Assembly (NCBI GenBank): GCA_016839805.1
Contig: JAEOTO010000032.1
Span: forward strand, 96,001-160,000
From: Candidatus Hermodarchaeota archaeon
GTDB taxonomy: Archaea; Asgardarchaeota; Hermodarchaeia; Hermodarchaeales; Hermodarchaeaceae
DNA length: 64,000 nt
Direction: 5' to 3'
The notes beneath the pieces are model-generated. The model ran no database searches, was not told the DNA's origin, and saw nothing but the letters and a program-made list of their open reading frames with translations. This document shows, piece after piece, positions 1 through 9,421 of this stretch (its first letter is position 1; every line of letters begins with the position of its first letter). The position numbers and the translations under genes were made by a program.

Positions 1-2
1 GG

Positions 3-203
3 GCAACTTCTGAAAAAATTACCAAAGCAACCCTGACATCAATTTCTAGTCTCACAGTGGGAGAAGCTCTAGTGGTTGGTCAGGCCACAAGGTTTCCTGT
101 ATTTATTCAGGTTCGTGAAAGAGCTACAAAAGAAACGGCGTTTGGTGAAGATTTCGAAACCGTTACGCAGAGATATGACAAGAAAGGGAGAAAGGCTGAC
201 TGA
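3..203 (+). CDS. C-terminal fragment of a HerA-like ATPase/helicase (5'-truncated by window edge)
   Basis: Frame 3 is open from base 3 to TGA at 201-203 and reads ATSEKITKATLTSISSLTVGEALVVGQATRFPVFIQVRER, the typical HerA C-terminal L..GEALvvG...P pattern. Not in the ORF track. Confidence 0.7.
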   Translation, partial: ATSEKITKATLTSISSLTVGEALVVGQATRFPVFIQVRERATKETAFGEDFETVTQRYDKKGRKAD

Positions 204-219
204 TAATAACTGGGCAAAA

Positions 220-366
220 TGGTGGGCACGGCGGGATTCAAACCCGCGACCTCCGGCTTACCTAGGCTTCGCAGTTGAATGTTCGGAGCGACACCATATA
301 AGGCTTACACACTTTGCGTATTAATACGCGAGAGTTCGGCGCTCCATCAGGCTAAGCCACGTGCCC
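220..366 (-). tRNA. tRNA-Ile(UAU) with two introns (29/30, 32 nt at 305-336; 37/38, 38 nt at 259-296), CCA encoded
   Basis: Spliced 77-nt cloverleaf: GGGCACG TG GCTT AGCCTGATG GAGC G CCGGC CT-TAT-AA GCCGG AGGTC GCGGG TTTGAAT CCCGC CGTGCCC ACCA. Both introns have bulge-helix-bulge-like junctions (GCGC/GTGT and CTTA/TAGG central helices). Discriminator A and GGGC start fit Ile. Confidence 0.88.
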
Positions 367-416
367 ATTATGAATTGTGTGATGTTTCACAGCAGCTTAA
401 ATGTGTTGGGTCACTC

Positions 417-3389
417 TTAGTCCTCTTGGACGATAAACCCAAATTGAATCTCTTCTTCAGCAAAAGTAAGTTTCCCAGTTGCAAGTCCCTTTAAGATGGG
501 CAATTTGTCGCCTATTTCAAGTGTCAAGGCACCAACCTTTGAAGTGATACCTTCTCGAGTAGTTTCTATTGCCTGGTGGAGTTCTGATGACTCGATCGCC
601 AGATACAGGGCGATGCGTTGAGTAACGTGTAATCCCTGTTTTTTTCGGGTCGCTTGTATTCGGCGAATAAGATCACGTGAAAGCCGCTCAGCGCGAAGTT
701 CAGGGGTTTCACTGATATCAAGGTATACCGTTGCAAAGGGTAACTCTTTACTTCTGAGTAACTCTCCCTTAGCCTTTTTTTGGATCTCTACAAATTTGAC
801 GTTGGTTTGGCTTGCTACAACATCGCTAAAATGATCGATTTGGAATTCCTTTTTTGAAGGAACAATGATTAAGCGTTGACAAGGCCAACGTAGTTTCAAA
901 CCTTCCTCTTGGCGAATAAATTGAGTTGTTTCTACGATAGCAGAGACCCACTCCATTTCTTGGCTCAGCTCTGGATCAATCAGTTTTTCGTTGACTTCAG
1001 GCCAAGGAAGCATGTGAACACTTATTGGAGCATCAGGTTCCGCAGAGCGAATGAGTGCTTGATACATTCTTTCTGTTTGAAACGGAAGGACTGGGGCTAG
1101 AACCGCTAAGAGTGTTCTTAGAACGTAGTAAAGTGTAGTAAATGCTTGGATTTTGGTTTCATCATGAGAGCTAACCCATGTTCGTGGTCGAATCAGTTTG
1201 ATATACCATCGACTCAAATCTTGGACGATGAAAGACTCCATTAAGCGTGGTATAAATGGAAGTTCGTATTTCTCCAGTCGTTCAGCCACTTGTTTTATTA
1301 ATAGATGCAACTGGGAGAGAATCCACCGATCCTCATTTTGTAAGGATTGCGGTTTCAACCGATGAGATGTTGGCTCAAATTTTGCGGCTTTCATGAATGT
1401 GGTTGCAAAGACATAAACATTCCAAAGAATTGAGAGAGAACGACGGGTATCTTCGACATCTTTCCAAAGAAAATGCAAGTCTTCGCCTGGACCAGTGCTC
1501 TTTATACAATACATTCGTAGTGTCTCAGCACCAAATTTCTCCACTACTTCTTCAGGAAACACGCCAATGCCTTTTGACTTTGACATTGGTCGACCGTGCT
1601 CATCAGCTGTAAAGCCATGCATATAGACACTTTTGTAAGGTTCTCGGTTATCAGCCAGCATGGTGGAGTTGAAGAGGGTATTAAACCAGTTGCTAATTTG
1701 GTCCTTGCCTTCCATTACAAAGTCAGCTGTTTCCCAATTATCAAAATCCGTAGTTCCGTAGGTTGCCCAGCGAGTAGCCCAGGGAGCAACACCACTATCT
1801 AACCATACATCTAAGACATCAGGAACCCGTTTCATTGTGTTTTTGCATTTCGAACAAGGCCAAGTGATTTTGTCGATCCATGGTCGATGGAGGTTCTCAG
1901 GAACCTTTCCGGATTTCTCTTTTAGTTCATCAATGCTCCCAATAACTTCAATTTCCTCACATTTGTCACATTTCCAGATTGGTAGAGGAGCTCCCCAATA
2001 GCGTTGTCTGGAAATGCACCAGTCCCGAAGATTTTGCACCCAGTTACGGAACCAAGTATGTCCAGCCCAGTCAGGAATCCAGTAGACATCTTCGTTCTTT
2101 TTGATGATTTCTTCGCGTAAATCGCTAACGCGGAGGAACCACTGATCGGTAGCAAGGTATACTAGAGGGCTACCGCATCGCCAGCAGTGAGCGTATTCGT
2201 GTTCAATTGTGTCCTGATGAACTAAGAGGTTCTTTCGGCGTAAATCTTCGAGAATAACTTCACTTGCATCTTGGACCTTCATACCTGCATATTTTCCACC
2301 TTCTTCCGAGAAGGTACCAGCAAACGTGACTGGACAGAAAATGGGAATTCCCTCACGCTCACCTACCTCGAAGTCCTGAGGGCCATGCCCAGGGGCCATG
2401 TGAACAAGTCCAGTTCCTTGCTCTAGTGTTACATATTCATCACTCAGCACAACAGAATGAACTTTCTCAGAGGTTTCTCTGTATTTAGCCTGTCTAGGAA
2501 CCTCGTCTAGCAGGGGATGTTCATAACGAAGCCCCAGAAGCTCCTTTCCTTTGAATTCTTCAATCACTTCGTATTGCTTGTTTAGCAGAGCCTGTAGTAT
2601 TATGTTGGCTAGTCCTTTGGCTAGAATCCATACTTCATCATTAACTTTGACGCGAACGTATTCAAATTCGGGATTTACCATTACTGCCATGTTTGCTGGA
2701 AGTGTCCATGGAGTCGTGGTCCAAATCACAATGAACTCTTTATTTCTCCCAAGGACCGGAAACTTTACCCAAATCGAATAATCTTCAATTGTCTTAAATT
2801 CATGCTCTCGTTTTGCAAGGGCTGTCTCACAACGAACACAACAATCTATAGATCGTAGCCCACGGTAAAGAAATCCTCGTTCAGAGGCGCGTTTCATTAA
2901 ATACCAAGTGCCTTCAATATAGGGATTATCAATCGTGCGATACGGTCTGTCCCAATCCATCCAAATGCCTAAACGTTTGAACTGCTTCGTCATTTGATCT
3001 AAATTCGATAAGGCAAAATTCTGACACTGTTCAATGAATTTATCCACGCCAATCTCTTTTTCAATGTCAAGTTTCGATTTGATGCCTAGAGCCTTTTCTA
3101 CGTGCACCTCAATAGGTAGCCCGTGCATATCAAAACCAGGTGTGTCTACAACACTGAATCCCTGCATCCTCCGAAACCGTAAGACCATGCCCTTCAAAAT
3201 TTTGTTCCAAGCGGTTCCCAAGTGTATGGCACCTGTGGTGTAAGGTGGACCATCTAAAAACTTGAATGAGGGTCGATTTCGAAGTTGCTTTGTCACCAAC
3301 TCATACACTTGATTCTTTTGCCAGAACAGAAGAATCTCTTCTTCCATTGAGGGTAACTCGAATTGCTTCGGAAGTTCTGAAACTGGCAT
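417..3389 (-). CDS. ileS: Isoleucine--tRNA ligase (archaeal/eukaryotic type)
   Basis: DGPPY..G.IHLGT (HIGH-like), WTTTPWTLPAN, GTGLVHMAPGHG, DWCISRQRYWG, PMSKSKG. ATG at 3389 preferred over the upstream TTG. Confidence 0.96.
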   Translation of the reverse strand: MPVSELPKQFELPSMEEEILLFWQKNQVYELVTKQLRNRPSFKFLDGPPYTTGAIHLGTAWNKILKGMVLRFRRMQGFSVVDTPGFDMHGLPIEVHVEKALGIKSKLDIEKEIGVDKFIEQCQNFALSNLDQMTKQFKRLGIWMDWDRPYRTIDNPYIEGTWYLMKRASERGFLYRGLRSIDCCVRCETALAKREHEFKTIEDYSIWVKFPVLGRNKEFIVIWTTTPWTLPANMAVMVNPEFEYVRVKVNDEVWILAKGLANIILQALLNKQYEVIEEFKGKELLGLRYEHPLLDEVPRQAKYRETSEKVHSVVLSDEYVTLEQGTGLVHMAPGHGPQDFEVGEREGIPIFCPVTFAGTFSEEGGKYAGMKVQDASEVILEDLRRKNLLVHQDTIEHEYAHCWRCGSPLVYLATDQWFLRVSDLREEIIKKNEDVYWIPDWAGHTWFRNWVQNLRDWCISRQRYWGAPLPIWKCDKCEEIEVIGSIDELKEKSGKVPENLHRPWIDKITWPCSKCKNTMKRVPDVLDVWLDSGVAPWATRWATYGTTDFDNWETADFVMEGKDQISNWFNTLFNSTMLADNREPYKSVYMHGFTADEHGRPMSKSKGIGVFPEEVVEKFGAETLRMYCIKSTGPGEDLHFLWKDVEDTRRSLSILWNVYVFATTFMKAAKFEPTSHRLKPQSLQNEDRWILSQLHLLIKQVAERLEKYELPFIPRLMESFIVQDLSRWYIKLIRPRTWVSSHDETKIQAFTTLYYVLRTLLAVLAPVLPFQTERMYQALIRSAEPDAPISVHMLPWPEVNEKLIDPELSQEMEWVSAIVETTQFIRQEEGLKLRWPCQRLIIVPSKKEFQIDHFSDVVASQTNVKFVEIQKKAKGELLRSKELPFATVYLDISETPELRAERLSRDLIRRIQATRKKQGLHVTQRIALYLAIESSELHQAIETTREGITSKVGALTLEIGDKLPILKGLATGKLTFAEEEIQFGFIVQED

Positions 3390-3576
3390 TGTGAAGACTC
3401 CATCCAAAATTGACTAGCGTGCCCCTACCAACCTTCAACAGCATAAAAAGTCTTGGGCAATAATAATTAACTAGCCAATATTCAAAAAAACAAAGCTAAG
3501 AGCAAAAATGAACGAAAGCTCTATATGGCTTTAAACGTAAGTCAGACAAACCGAGCCCCATGAGGAGAAAGGCTAC

Positions 3577-4092
3577 ATGAGTACACCGCAACGCCAGTAT
3601 GTCCTCAAAGTCTGCGTCGTCGGCGATGGCGCCGTTGGTAAAACCAGTCTTATCATCCGATACACCGAAGGTCACTTCCGGGAGTCGTATATCATGACCG
3701 TGGGAACTAGTTTTGCCGTGAAAGAACTAAATTTTGGTGATACTTTAGTGCGTTTACAGTTGTGGGATCTGGCTGGTCAACCTCACTTTAGTTCTGTGCG
3801 GCCTGTCTTCTATCGGGGAGCAGCTGGTGTGATTTTAGTATTTGATGTTACGCGGCGTCAGACCTTTGAAAATATCCCCGGGTGGTATGATGAAGTTTCA
3901 CAGGTTACCGGGGCGGTTACCTCAGTCTTGTTGGCTAACAAAGTTGATTTGATAGATCAGCGCCAAGTGTCGACGGAGGAGGCTATGGCTTATGCACAAC
4001 AATTGGGGTGGGGTTATTTTGAGACTAGCGCTAAAGAAGGGCATGGCGTTACTGATGCTTTTCGCCAGATTGCCTGGACTGGTGTTAGCTAG
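3577..4092 (+). CDS. Rab-like small GTPase (Ras superfamily)
   Basis: GDGAVGKTS, WDLAGQ, NKVD, ETSAK. RabF-like motifs VGTSF, LQLW, FYRGA, LVFDVT. Confidence 0.93.
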   Translation: MSTPQRQYVLKVCVVGDGAVGKTSLIIRYTEGHFRESYIMTVGTSFAVKELNFGDTLVRLQLWDLAGQPHFSSVRPVFYRGAAGVILVFDVTRRQTFENIPGWYDEVSQVTGAVTSVLLANKVDLIDQRQVSTEEAMAYAQQLGWGYFETSAKEGHGVTDAFRQIAWTGVS

Positions 4093-4103
4093 CTTAATTT
4101 TCA

Positions 4104-4883
4104 TTAAGCGTCGTTTAGATACTCTGTGAGTTTACGCGAGTTCTTCTGCATAAGAAAGGTTGCACACTGTTGAGGTTTAATTTTCCGATATTCAAGACCG
4201 AGTTGTTCAATTAGAGCGAAGGTTCCTTTGGTGAGACTTGGTGCGACAAGAATGCCCCGCAATTGAGTGGCATCTTCGGTTTGGAAACTTTTAATATAGC
4301 GATAGAGTTGATGGACTGCTTCGCTGTCAGCACGACGGCGTTTAACTTCGATAATGACTAATCGTCCTTTGTCATCACGGGCAAAGATATCGATGAATCC
4401 TGGGGCAACAGGGCGTTCACGTCGTATTGTGCGGAGTCCAGCTTCAATGAGTTCAGGGTGAGCACTAAGAACCTTTTGCATCTCATCTTCGGTTAAATGC
4501 ATACTAAACTCACCAGCGTCATCAATAAGGCTCGCACTAACCATGGAAAGCAGGGAAAATTCAATGCGAACAGTTTCACGCGGTTTTGCACGATTAGCAA
4601 ATAGAATGAGTTTATCCTTCTCTTGCTTAATCTTTAGAGTAGCTCCTGGAGGTTGCCAGTTAACGGGTTCAACTCCACTCTCCTTATGAACTAGGATAGC
4701 TCCATCACGTTTTAAAATTATTAGACGTTCACCCTCCGTTAGTACTGATCTAGCGCGACCATGATACTCGACATAGCAGTTGCCAATAATTTGGATTAAT
4801 CGCTTTTGTGAAATTGCCTTTTCAAGGAGCTGATGAGCTTGCCTTAGGGTTGGTGATTGGAGTAGCCATATTTTCTCATTCAT
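4104..4883 (-). CDS. nucS: Mismatch-specific endonuclease NucS/EndoMS
   Basis: Y.GRA.S.L..GERLIILKRDG, EPVNWQPPG, IDIFARD..G.LVIIEVKR, QLYRY. Start trimmed to MNEKIW because the longer ORF overlaps the divergent gene. Confidence 0.92.
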   Translation of the reverse strand: MNEKIWLLQSPTLRQAHQLLEKAISQKRLIQIIGNCYVEYHGRARSVLTEGERLIILKRDGAILVHKESGVEPVNWQPPGATLKIKQEKDKLILFANRAKPRETVRIEFSLLSMVSASLIDDAGEFSMHLTEDEMQKVLSAHPELIEAGLRTIRRERPVAPGFIDIFARDDKGRLVIIEVKRRRADSEAVHQLYRYIKSFQTEDATQLRGILVAPSLTKGTFALIEQLGLEYRKIKPQQCATFLMQKNSRKLTEYLNDA

Positions 4884-4966
4884 TGAGGAGTTAAGATCAG
4901 ACAAAGTATAATCAAATCGAAGACATGCCGTAATTCTAAATAAGTTTTGACTACCAGTAAAGAATT

Positions 4967-5503
4967 GTGTGTAAATTTCGTTTGTATGATGAATCAGCAC
5001 AATCCTATCATCGTCGGTATAGCCAAATTCAACGAATAAAATACCAAGCAATAGTCACATATCTTGAAAGATGTCCTCTTGTAGATGTCGGTATTGGAAC
5101 AGGTATTGGTTTGGCATCGATTATTGAATTCGCTCCAATTGTTGGTGTTGATTGGGCAATCGAAATGTTGCGAATAGCACATAAACAAGTGATAAAAATC
5201 AATGAGTGGAACCAAGCCATATCCTTAGTGTGTGCATCAGCGGAGGCATTACCCTTCCGGAACAACGTTTTTCCAACTGTAGTTAGCATTACGGTAATTC
5301 AAAATTTGAATAATATTCAGCGTGGAATTCAAGAACTAATCCGAATTGTACAGCCCCGAGGAATATTAGCCATAACGACATTAGAAAAGTGTCTGCCCAT
5401 TCAAGAGCTTGAAACAGAGTTTAATCAACTTTCTACTCCAATTGTACGTTTAGAAAATCTTGGAAATGAAGACGGAGGATTAATCTATAAATTACCCAGC
5501 TGA
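4967..5503 (+). CDS. Class I SAM-dependent methyltransferase
   Basis: VDVGIGTG, GVD....ML, A.AEALPFR motifs. Confidence 0.85.
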   Translation: MCKFRLYDESAQSYHRRYSQIQRIKYQAIVTYLERCPLVDVGIGTGIGLASIIEFAPIVGVDWAIEMLRIAHKQVIKINEWNQAISLVCASAEALPFRNNVFPTVVSITVIQNLNNIQRGIQELIRIVQPRGILAITTLEKCLPIQELETEFNQLSTPIVRLENLGNEDGGLIYKLPS

Positions 5504-5586
5504 AAAAACAGTTTAACTTCCTTTTATCATCTCTATGACCGTTATCTTTATTTGGCATCTCACAGTTAGCAGGATTACTCCCGAGG

Positions 5587-5847
5587 TTGAATACCGTGGA
5601 AAATCAGCCAATTAAAATTCTACAAAAAGCTACCAATAACTTGGTTTTGATCAAACTCAAAGATGGCAAAGAGTACCGAGGTCGATTAAAAGAAATTGAC
5701 ATGTACATGAACCTTGTTTTGGAAGGCGCTGAGGAATTGATGGATGGAAAACCAACAGCGAAATTTGGTGAAGTCCTTATCCGAGGTAATAATATTCTTT
5801 ACATCAAACCGGATTTGACACAGATTATTTGGGAGAATAAGGAATAG
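5587..5847 (+). CDS. Sm-like (LSm/SmAP) RNA-binding protein
   Basis: Sm1 G.L..ID.YMNLVL and Sm2 VLIRGNNILYI. Confidence 0.93.
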   Translation: MNTVENQPIKILQKATNNLVLIKLKDGKEYRGRLKEIDMYMNLVLEGAEELMDGKPTAKFGEVLIRGNNILYIKPDLTQIIWENKE

Positions 5848-5876
5848 GTACTGCCCATTAAGGGTCACTTAGGTTT

Positions 5877-7952
5877 TCATCCATTGTTTTCAGAACTTTC
5901 ATTTCGTCGCTCTTGACGGTATTCTTCAATTAAACGTTCAAGCGCATAAGCTGCAGCTTCACGTTCAGAAGATTCATATCTATCCTGCCATTTTGTGATT
6001 TCCTTATCTAGTTGCTCGACATCAACAACGGCAAATTCGTCAACAACAGTGATTTGTAATAATTCTGCATCTATTACGGGTATATGTGCGGCTTTAAACT
6101 GTTTAAGTGCTAGATGAGACATCGTTCCGTGCGTTATTACCAGCTGAACCCCGAATTGAATTAATTGCTCAGCTGTTGAGCGTCCACCTCCGCTTGGATC
6201 CTGGATGTATACGACTTTTCTCCTCTTTCGTGGATATCGATCGCTGAGTCGGCGAAGTTCTTCTTGAGAAAAGTGTGGGAGAACCACAACGGGTTGTACC
6301 TCACCCCGAATTTCTAGTCGCCGCATTAATTTCAAATTTGTTAAGGTGCGTTTCGTACTCTCAAGCGTTTGGTTTTGTTCATGAAGTCTTTTTTCTAATC
6401 TTTGGATTTCAACATCTTTTCGCTGGATTTGTTCATCACGGCGTTGCTCTCGTTGTTCCACATTTAATGCACGATTAAGTTGCTGTTTAATATGCTTCAA
6501 TTCTTGTTTGGTTTTCTTTTGTTCTTCAAGACTTAGATGATGTTGACTCTTTACAAATTCTAGTTGTCTTTGGAGAGATTCCACCTGACGCTGCAAACGG
6601 TCAATCATTCGTTCATATTGTTCAGATGTATAGCCTTCCCCTACAGATTGACTGAGTATCACAGGTTCAATTTTTGCGTCTTTAGGTTCCTTGCTAATTA
6701 TGGATTGCTCGATTGCATCACTAATAGACACACCTTGAAAAACCATCGATACAGCTTTAGAAATCAAATGGAGTTCTTCACTTTTCCGTAAATTCTGGTT
6801 AAGTGACTTCAATTTTTTCCCGTAGGCCTGAAAGACCTTTGTGATCGCCGCGACTGCATCTCGTTGATGGGCATTCCTTGGACTTAGTTCAGAATTTGCG
6901 GTGAATGATTTCGCTAATTCCCTTTTCTCCACTACAGACATCAATCTGTCCGGAACAAATAGGTGAGCTTGTAACGATCTACTAAGCTTTTCGATGAAAC
7001 TTGGAGCAGGAGATACATCAGATGCGATTAGAACCGGTTTCCCAAATTCAACCAGATATCTGATAACATCTCCTCGTGATAAACCTCGCCCGCTATGAAT
7101 TGCCATAAGATGACCCGAAATATCAGAAATTGCTATTCCAACTGTTGTGCCAGCATCAATGCCAACGACTAATAGCCGTCGCGGACCAAGATGCTCTCCA
7201 TTTTCTTCTCTGGGCGAATATAATAGAGAACGACGTTTTACAGGGGATATCCGAACAGCCACACCAGCAATTCGATTCACTTCGGATTGAACTAGTTTAC
7301 TAACGCTATCAACCGCTTTGTATACATGTATTGCACATCTGGACAAACCGTGTGAAGTTCTGGTTTCGTATTCATCGTAATCTATACCCGCTTTAGTTAG
7401 TTTCTCTAAGATTTTTCGAGCAACCTGTTGAATAGCTCCATGCATTCGTCTCTGATAACGAGCTTGAGAATAACCACCAGGTCCAATATTCCTAGCTCTA
7501 GTTATTGTGATTCGGGTTTCATGTGCTAAGGCAGAAACTTCTATTCCAACACCTAAGGCAGCTAATTTCGCTAATACTGTTGCTGTCTCAATCGGTGAAG
7601 GGTGTTTGATTATTTCTATTCCGTGTCTTGTTGCTAGTTTTTTTAGTGATGTCATACCATGGATTGGTGAACCAGTAACTTGGATAACCCGAACTTTTGA
7701 AGAAATCTTTGATAGAAACTCAATCACGCCTTTTTCTGTGGGAGCCAATTCAAGTAGGTTATCAGTTGCAATGATGTCAGGTTCGAGCTTGCGAATAACC
7801 TTTAATAATTCATTTCGTCGGATGGAGCTTTGGGTTTCAAGCACTTCGTCTTGAAAAAGCACCATTGCATAACGAGGGGTTTTTTTAGCGGATGGGGAGC
7901 TTTGAGGAAGAATATCAAAGCTAATTATTTGGGGACCAGAAGTTTTAGTCAT
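5877..7952 (-). CDS. DUF460-family protein (RNase H-like fold plus coiled coil)
   Basis: IATDNLLEL, GPGGYSQARYQR, VVGIDAGTTVGIA, HQRDA, then a long coiled coil. Confidence 0.85.
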   Translation of the reverse strand: MTKTSGPQIISFDILPQSSPSAKKTPRYAMVLFQDEVLETQSSIRRNELLKVIRKLEPDIIATDNLLELAPTEKGVIEFLSKISSKVRVIQVTGSPIHGMTSLKKLATRHGIEIIKHPSPIETATVLAKLAALGVGIEVSALAHETRITITRARNIGPGGYSQARYQRRMHGAIQQVARKILEKLTKAGIDYDEYETRTSHGLSRCAIHVYKAVDSVSKLVQSEVNRIAGVAVRISPVKRRSLLYSPREENGEHLGPRRLLVVGIDAGTTVGIAISDISGHLMAIHSGRGLSRGDVIRYLVEFGKPVLIASDVSPAPSFIEKLSRSLQAHLFVPDRLMSVVEKRELAKSFTANSELSPRNAHQRDAVAAITKVFQAYGKKLKSLNQNLRKSEELHLISKAVSMVFQGVSISDAIEQSIISKEPKDAKIEPVILSQSVGEGYTSEQYERMIDRLQRQVESLQRQLEFVKSQHHLSLEEQKKTKQELKHIKQQLNRALNVEQREQRRDEQIQRKDVEIQRLEKRLHEQNQTLESTKRTLTNLKLMRRLEIRGEVQPVVVLPHFSQEELRRLSDRYPRKRRKVVYIQDPSGGGRSTAEQLIQFGVQLVITHGTMSHLALKQFKAAHIPVIDAELLQITVVDEFAVVDVEQLDKEITKWQDRYESSEREAAAYALERLIEEYRQERRNESSENNG

Positions 7953-8853
7953 TCTTCTTTTTTCCTTGTTTTGGGGCGGTCACTCTTTTTAGAGTTTCAT
8001 CAACGTCATACATTATACTAAACCTGCGTTTGAAAAATGTAAGAATATGGGAGAGATCTCGTTTTAGTAGCCACATAGAATTTGGATGACTTAGGGGTTG
8101 CCATTGAGGCCAATCAAAGATGGTAACTTGTTCATTTTCATCGACGAAGATATTGTATTCACTGAGGTCACCATGAACTAGTTTTGCTTTCTGGTAGGCA
8201 AGTTGCACTTGTTGAAGAATTTGCTCAAGCACATTATGAGGGTGTTCCAATTCTGATATTTGAAGCAGTAGATCACCCGTCATTTGCGACATTACGATGA
8301 CGTGGCGATTAAGCGCTATTGGTTGCGGCACTTTCCCACCAATATCATACAATATTCGTAAAACCCCGAATTCTCTTTTCGCTGCTCGTTTACTGAAGGC
8401 TATCCAAGAATGGATGGGTTCATCTTTGAGCTTGCGGAGTCTTCGAATGCGTTTAAAACTCGTTTGTCCCCATCGAAGAAACTTTACAGCAACCTCCTTT
8501 CCATTTGCGTCCAAAGAACTGTACACGGTTGCTTCCTTACCGACACCATAAGGTTGCCCAAGAGATACAATTACATCTTTTTGGGCCAAGTCATGCAAGG
8601 CTAATGCATCATAACCTGCACGCGATATCCGATATCCAAGGTAATGTTCTTTTTTCCGTTGTACTAATCTAATTTTATTTAATTTCCCAAGAAGAAATAG
8701 AATATCATCTTCATCCAGCGATAATTTTGTCGCGACCTCTTCAAGAGGGATGTACTCAAATCGATGTACTAATTCTTCGAGAGCTTGAAGTACTTGAATT
8801 TCTTCAGATGAGATTTCTTGCAGAATCTTGGCGAGACGGTACAACTCAATCAC
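7945..8853 (-). CDS. rio2: RIO2-type atypical protein kinase (N-terminal winged helix)
   Basis: GYDALAL, GVGKEATVY, VKFLR.GQTSF, VHGDLSEYNI, IFDWPQ. Probable GTG start at 8853. Confidence 0.9.
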   Translation of the reverse strand: MIELYRLAKILQEISSEEIQVLQALEELVHRFEYIPLEEVATKLSLDEDDILFLLGKLNKIRLVQRKKEHYLGYRISRAGYDALALHDLAQKDVIVSLGQPYGVGKEATVYSSLDANGKEVAVKFLRWGQTSFKRIRRLRKLKDEPIHSWIAFSKRAAKREFGVLRILYDIGGKVPQPIALNRHVIVMSQMTGDLLLQISELEHPHNVLEQILQQVQLAYQKAKLVHGDLSEYNIFVDENEQVTIFDWPQWQPLSHPNSMWLLKRDLSHILTFFKRRFSIMYDVDETLKRVTAPKQGKKKND

Positions 8854-9041
8854 GTGAATTGCGGTGTTACGCCGACAAAAAGCTATTGGGAGTAAGTTAT
8901 CAATTGAGTCAGTCTCTTTTTGAATAAAAGCTTGGATTATTGGTGAAAGCATTCCTTTACCATTCAGCTGGGAAACGTATATTAAGGAGAGCCACCGAAA
9001 TTGGCTACCGAGTCTATTTACTAAGGCGGGAGTTTTATACA

Positions 9042-9350
9042 TTGAAGGAACGATTTGAAGTACCCGATGAAAAGGTTCTAAAAGTGGCTAAAGCGCTTTC
9101 CAGCGATACGCGACTTGCGATTATTGCTCTACTCATTAACAAGAGCATGGATGTTAGTCGAATTGCAGAAGCTCTAAAACAAACTGAAGCGAATATCAGT
9201 GCTCAAGTTAAGCTTCTAGAGCAGGCTGGACTCATTAAGAGTCATTATGAGCCCGGCGAGCATGGTGTAAGAAAAGTTTGTGAACCTGCTGTTAAGAATG
9301 TCATTTTTGATACGACATCTCTTAAACTGGAGACTCATACTCGGAAATAA
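9042..9350 (+). CDS. ArsR-family HTH regulator
   Basis: KALSSDTRLAIIALL...IAEAL......ISAQVKLLEQAGLI. Start position uncertain. Confidence 0.82.
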   Translation: MKERFEVPDEKVLKVAKALSSDTRLAIIALLINKSMDVSRIAEALKQTEANISAQVKLLEQAGLIKSHYEPGEHGVRKVCEPAVKNVIFDTTSLKLETHTRK

Positions 9351-9421
9351 AATTGAAGGCCACAAGCAGTAGTTGGAGAGCGTAAATTTTAATAGACTCC
9401 AATTTCTCCTCTGAAAAGAAA

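Noticed and set aside
251-270. Reading the first tRNA as Thr(GGU) from GCCTAGGTAA
   Set aside because: Gives an 8-nt loop; TAGG-TA is the 3' half of the BHB, and the A discriminator and GGGC start fit Ile.
76-494. ORFs 76-324 and 279-494
   Set aside because: Antisense to the tRNA-Ile gene (WWARRDSNPRP is the typical reverse-tRNA translation) and out of frame with the HerA-like tail.
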